Origin: Okamejei kenojei
Taxonomy: Eukaryota
Direction: 5' to 3'
DNA: 64,000 nucleotides
NCBI GenBank assembly: GCA_035221665.1
Contig: CM069159.1
Span: 23,870,001 to 23,934,000 of the forward strand
The position numbers and the translations under genes were made by a program. How positions within the stretch are numbered: position 1 is the first letter of the stretch; the number at the start of each line of letters is the position of its first letter. The notes under the pieces were generated by a model. The model was not told the origin of the DNA. It worked only from the letters and a program-made list of their open reading frames with translations, and did not search any database. Positions 63,550 through 64,000 of this stretch are shown piece by piece.

Positions 63550-63975
63550 AATTAGAAACATAGAAAATAGGTGCAATATCATGGCTGATCATCCAACTCA
63601 GTATCTTGTACCTGCCTTCTCTCCATACCCCCTGATCCCCCTGTACCATCTGCCACAGAAGGTAGTTGAGGCCAGTTCATTGGCTATATTTAAGAGGGAG
63701 TTAGATGTGGCCCTTGTGGCTAAAGGGATCGGGGGTATGGAGTGAAGGCAGTTACAGGATACTGAGTTGGATGATCAGCCATGATCATATTGAATGGCGG
63801 TGCAGGCTCGAAGGGCCTACTCCTGCACCTATTTTCTATGATTCTATCCCTTTAGCCACAAGGGCCACATCTAACTCCCTCTTAAATATAGCCAACGAAC
63901 TGGCCTCAACTACCTTCTGTGGCAGAGAATTCCACAGATTCACCACTCTGTGTGAAAAATGATTTTCTCATCTCA
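63550..63975. mobile_element. Rearranged CR1/HER1 3' end (minus/plus/minus segments)
   Basis: A minus-strand CR1 tail is interrupted at atcccc by a plus-strand copy of the same region (about 63649-63845), then resumes with atccctttagccacaaggg. Confidence 0.75.
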
Positions 63976-64000
63976 TCACCTCATTACAGGGAGTTGCGGA

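Overview
Vertebrate genomic DNA, most likely a cartilaginous fish (skate/ray), judged by its HE1-type tRNA SINEs and HER1/CR1 LINE tails. Genes reconstructed by hand from GT-AG boundaries and exon phases: (1) two tandem CD3 gamma/delta-like units on the minus strand. Unit B is complete (28760->13623, 6 coding exons, 166 aa). Unit A has mini, Ig and TM exons (5311->357), its ITAM exons lie off the left edge, and I found no leader exon of its own. (2) An intact piggyBac/PGBD4-like transposase ORF with a strong splice acceptor, in sense orientation inside the CD3 leader intron. (3) A divergently transcribed SAXO/FAM154-family gene on the plus strand (32591->49244, 10-11 exons, about 450 aa). (4) The last nine coding exons of BUD13 on the minus strand (60851->50186). 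The rest is mostly repeats: CR1, SINE, Rex/Babar, RTE, Penelope-like palindromes, and Harbinger and hAT MITEs. Best leads: a 136-bp TSD-flanked retroposon whose first 54 nt fold as a minimal HDV/CPEB3-like ribozyme; the exon-trap-like piggyBac in the CD3 intron; a possible leader exon shared by both CD3 units; and a missing splice donor in CD3 unit B. No database searches were run, so all family assignments rest on recognised motifs.
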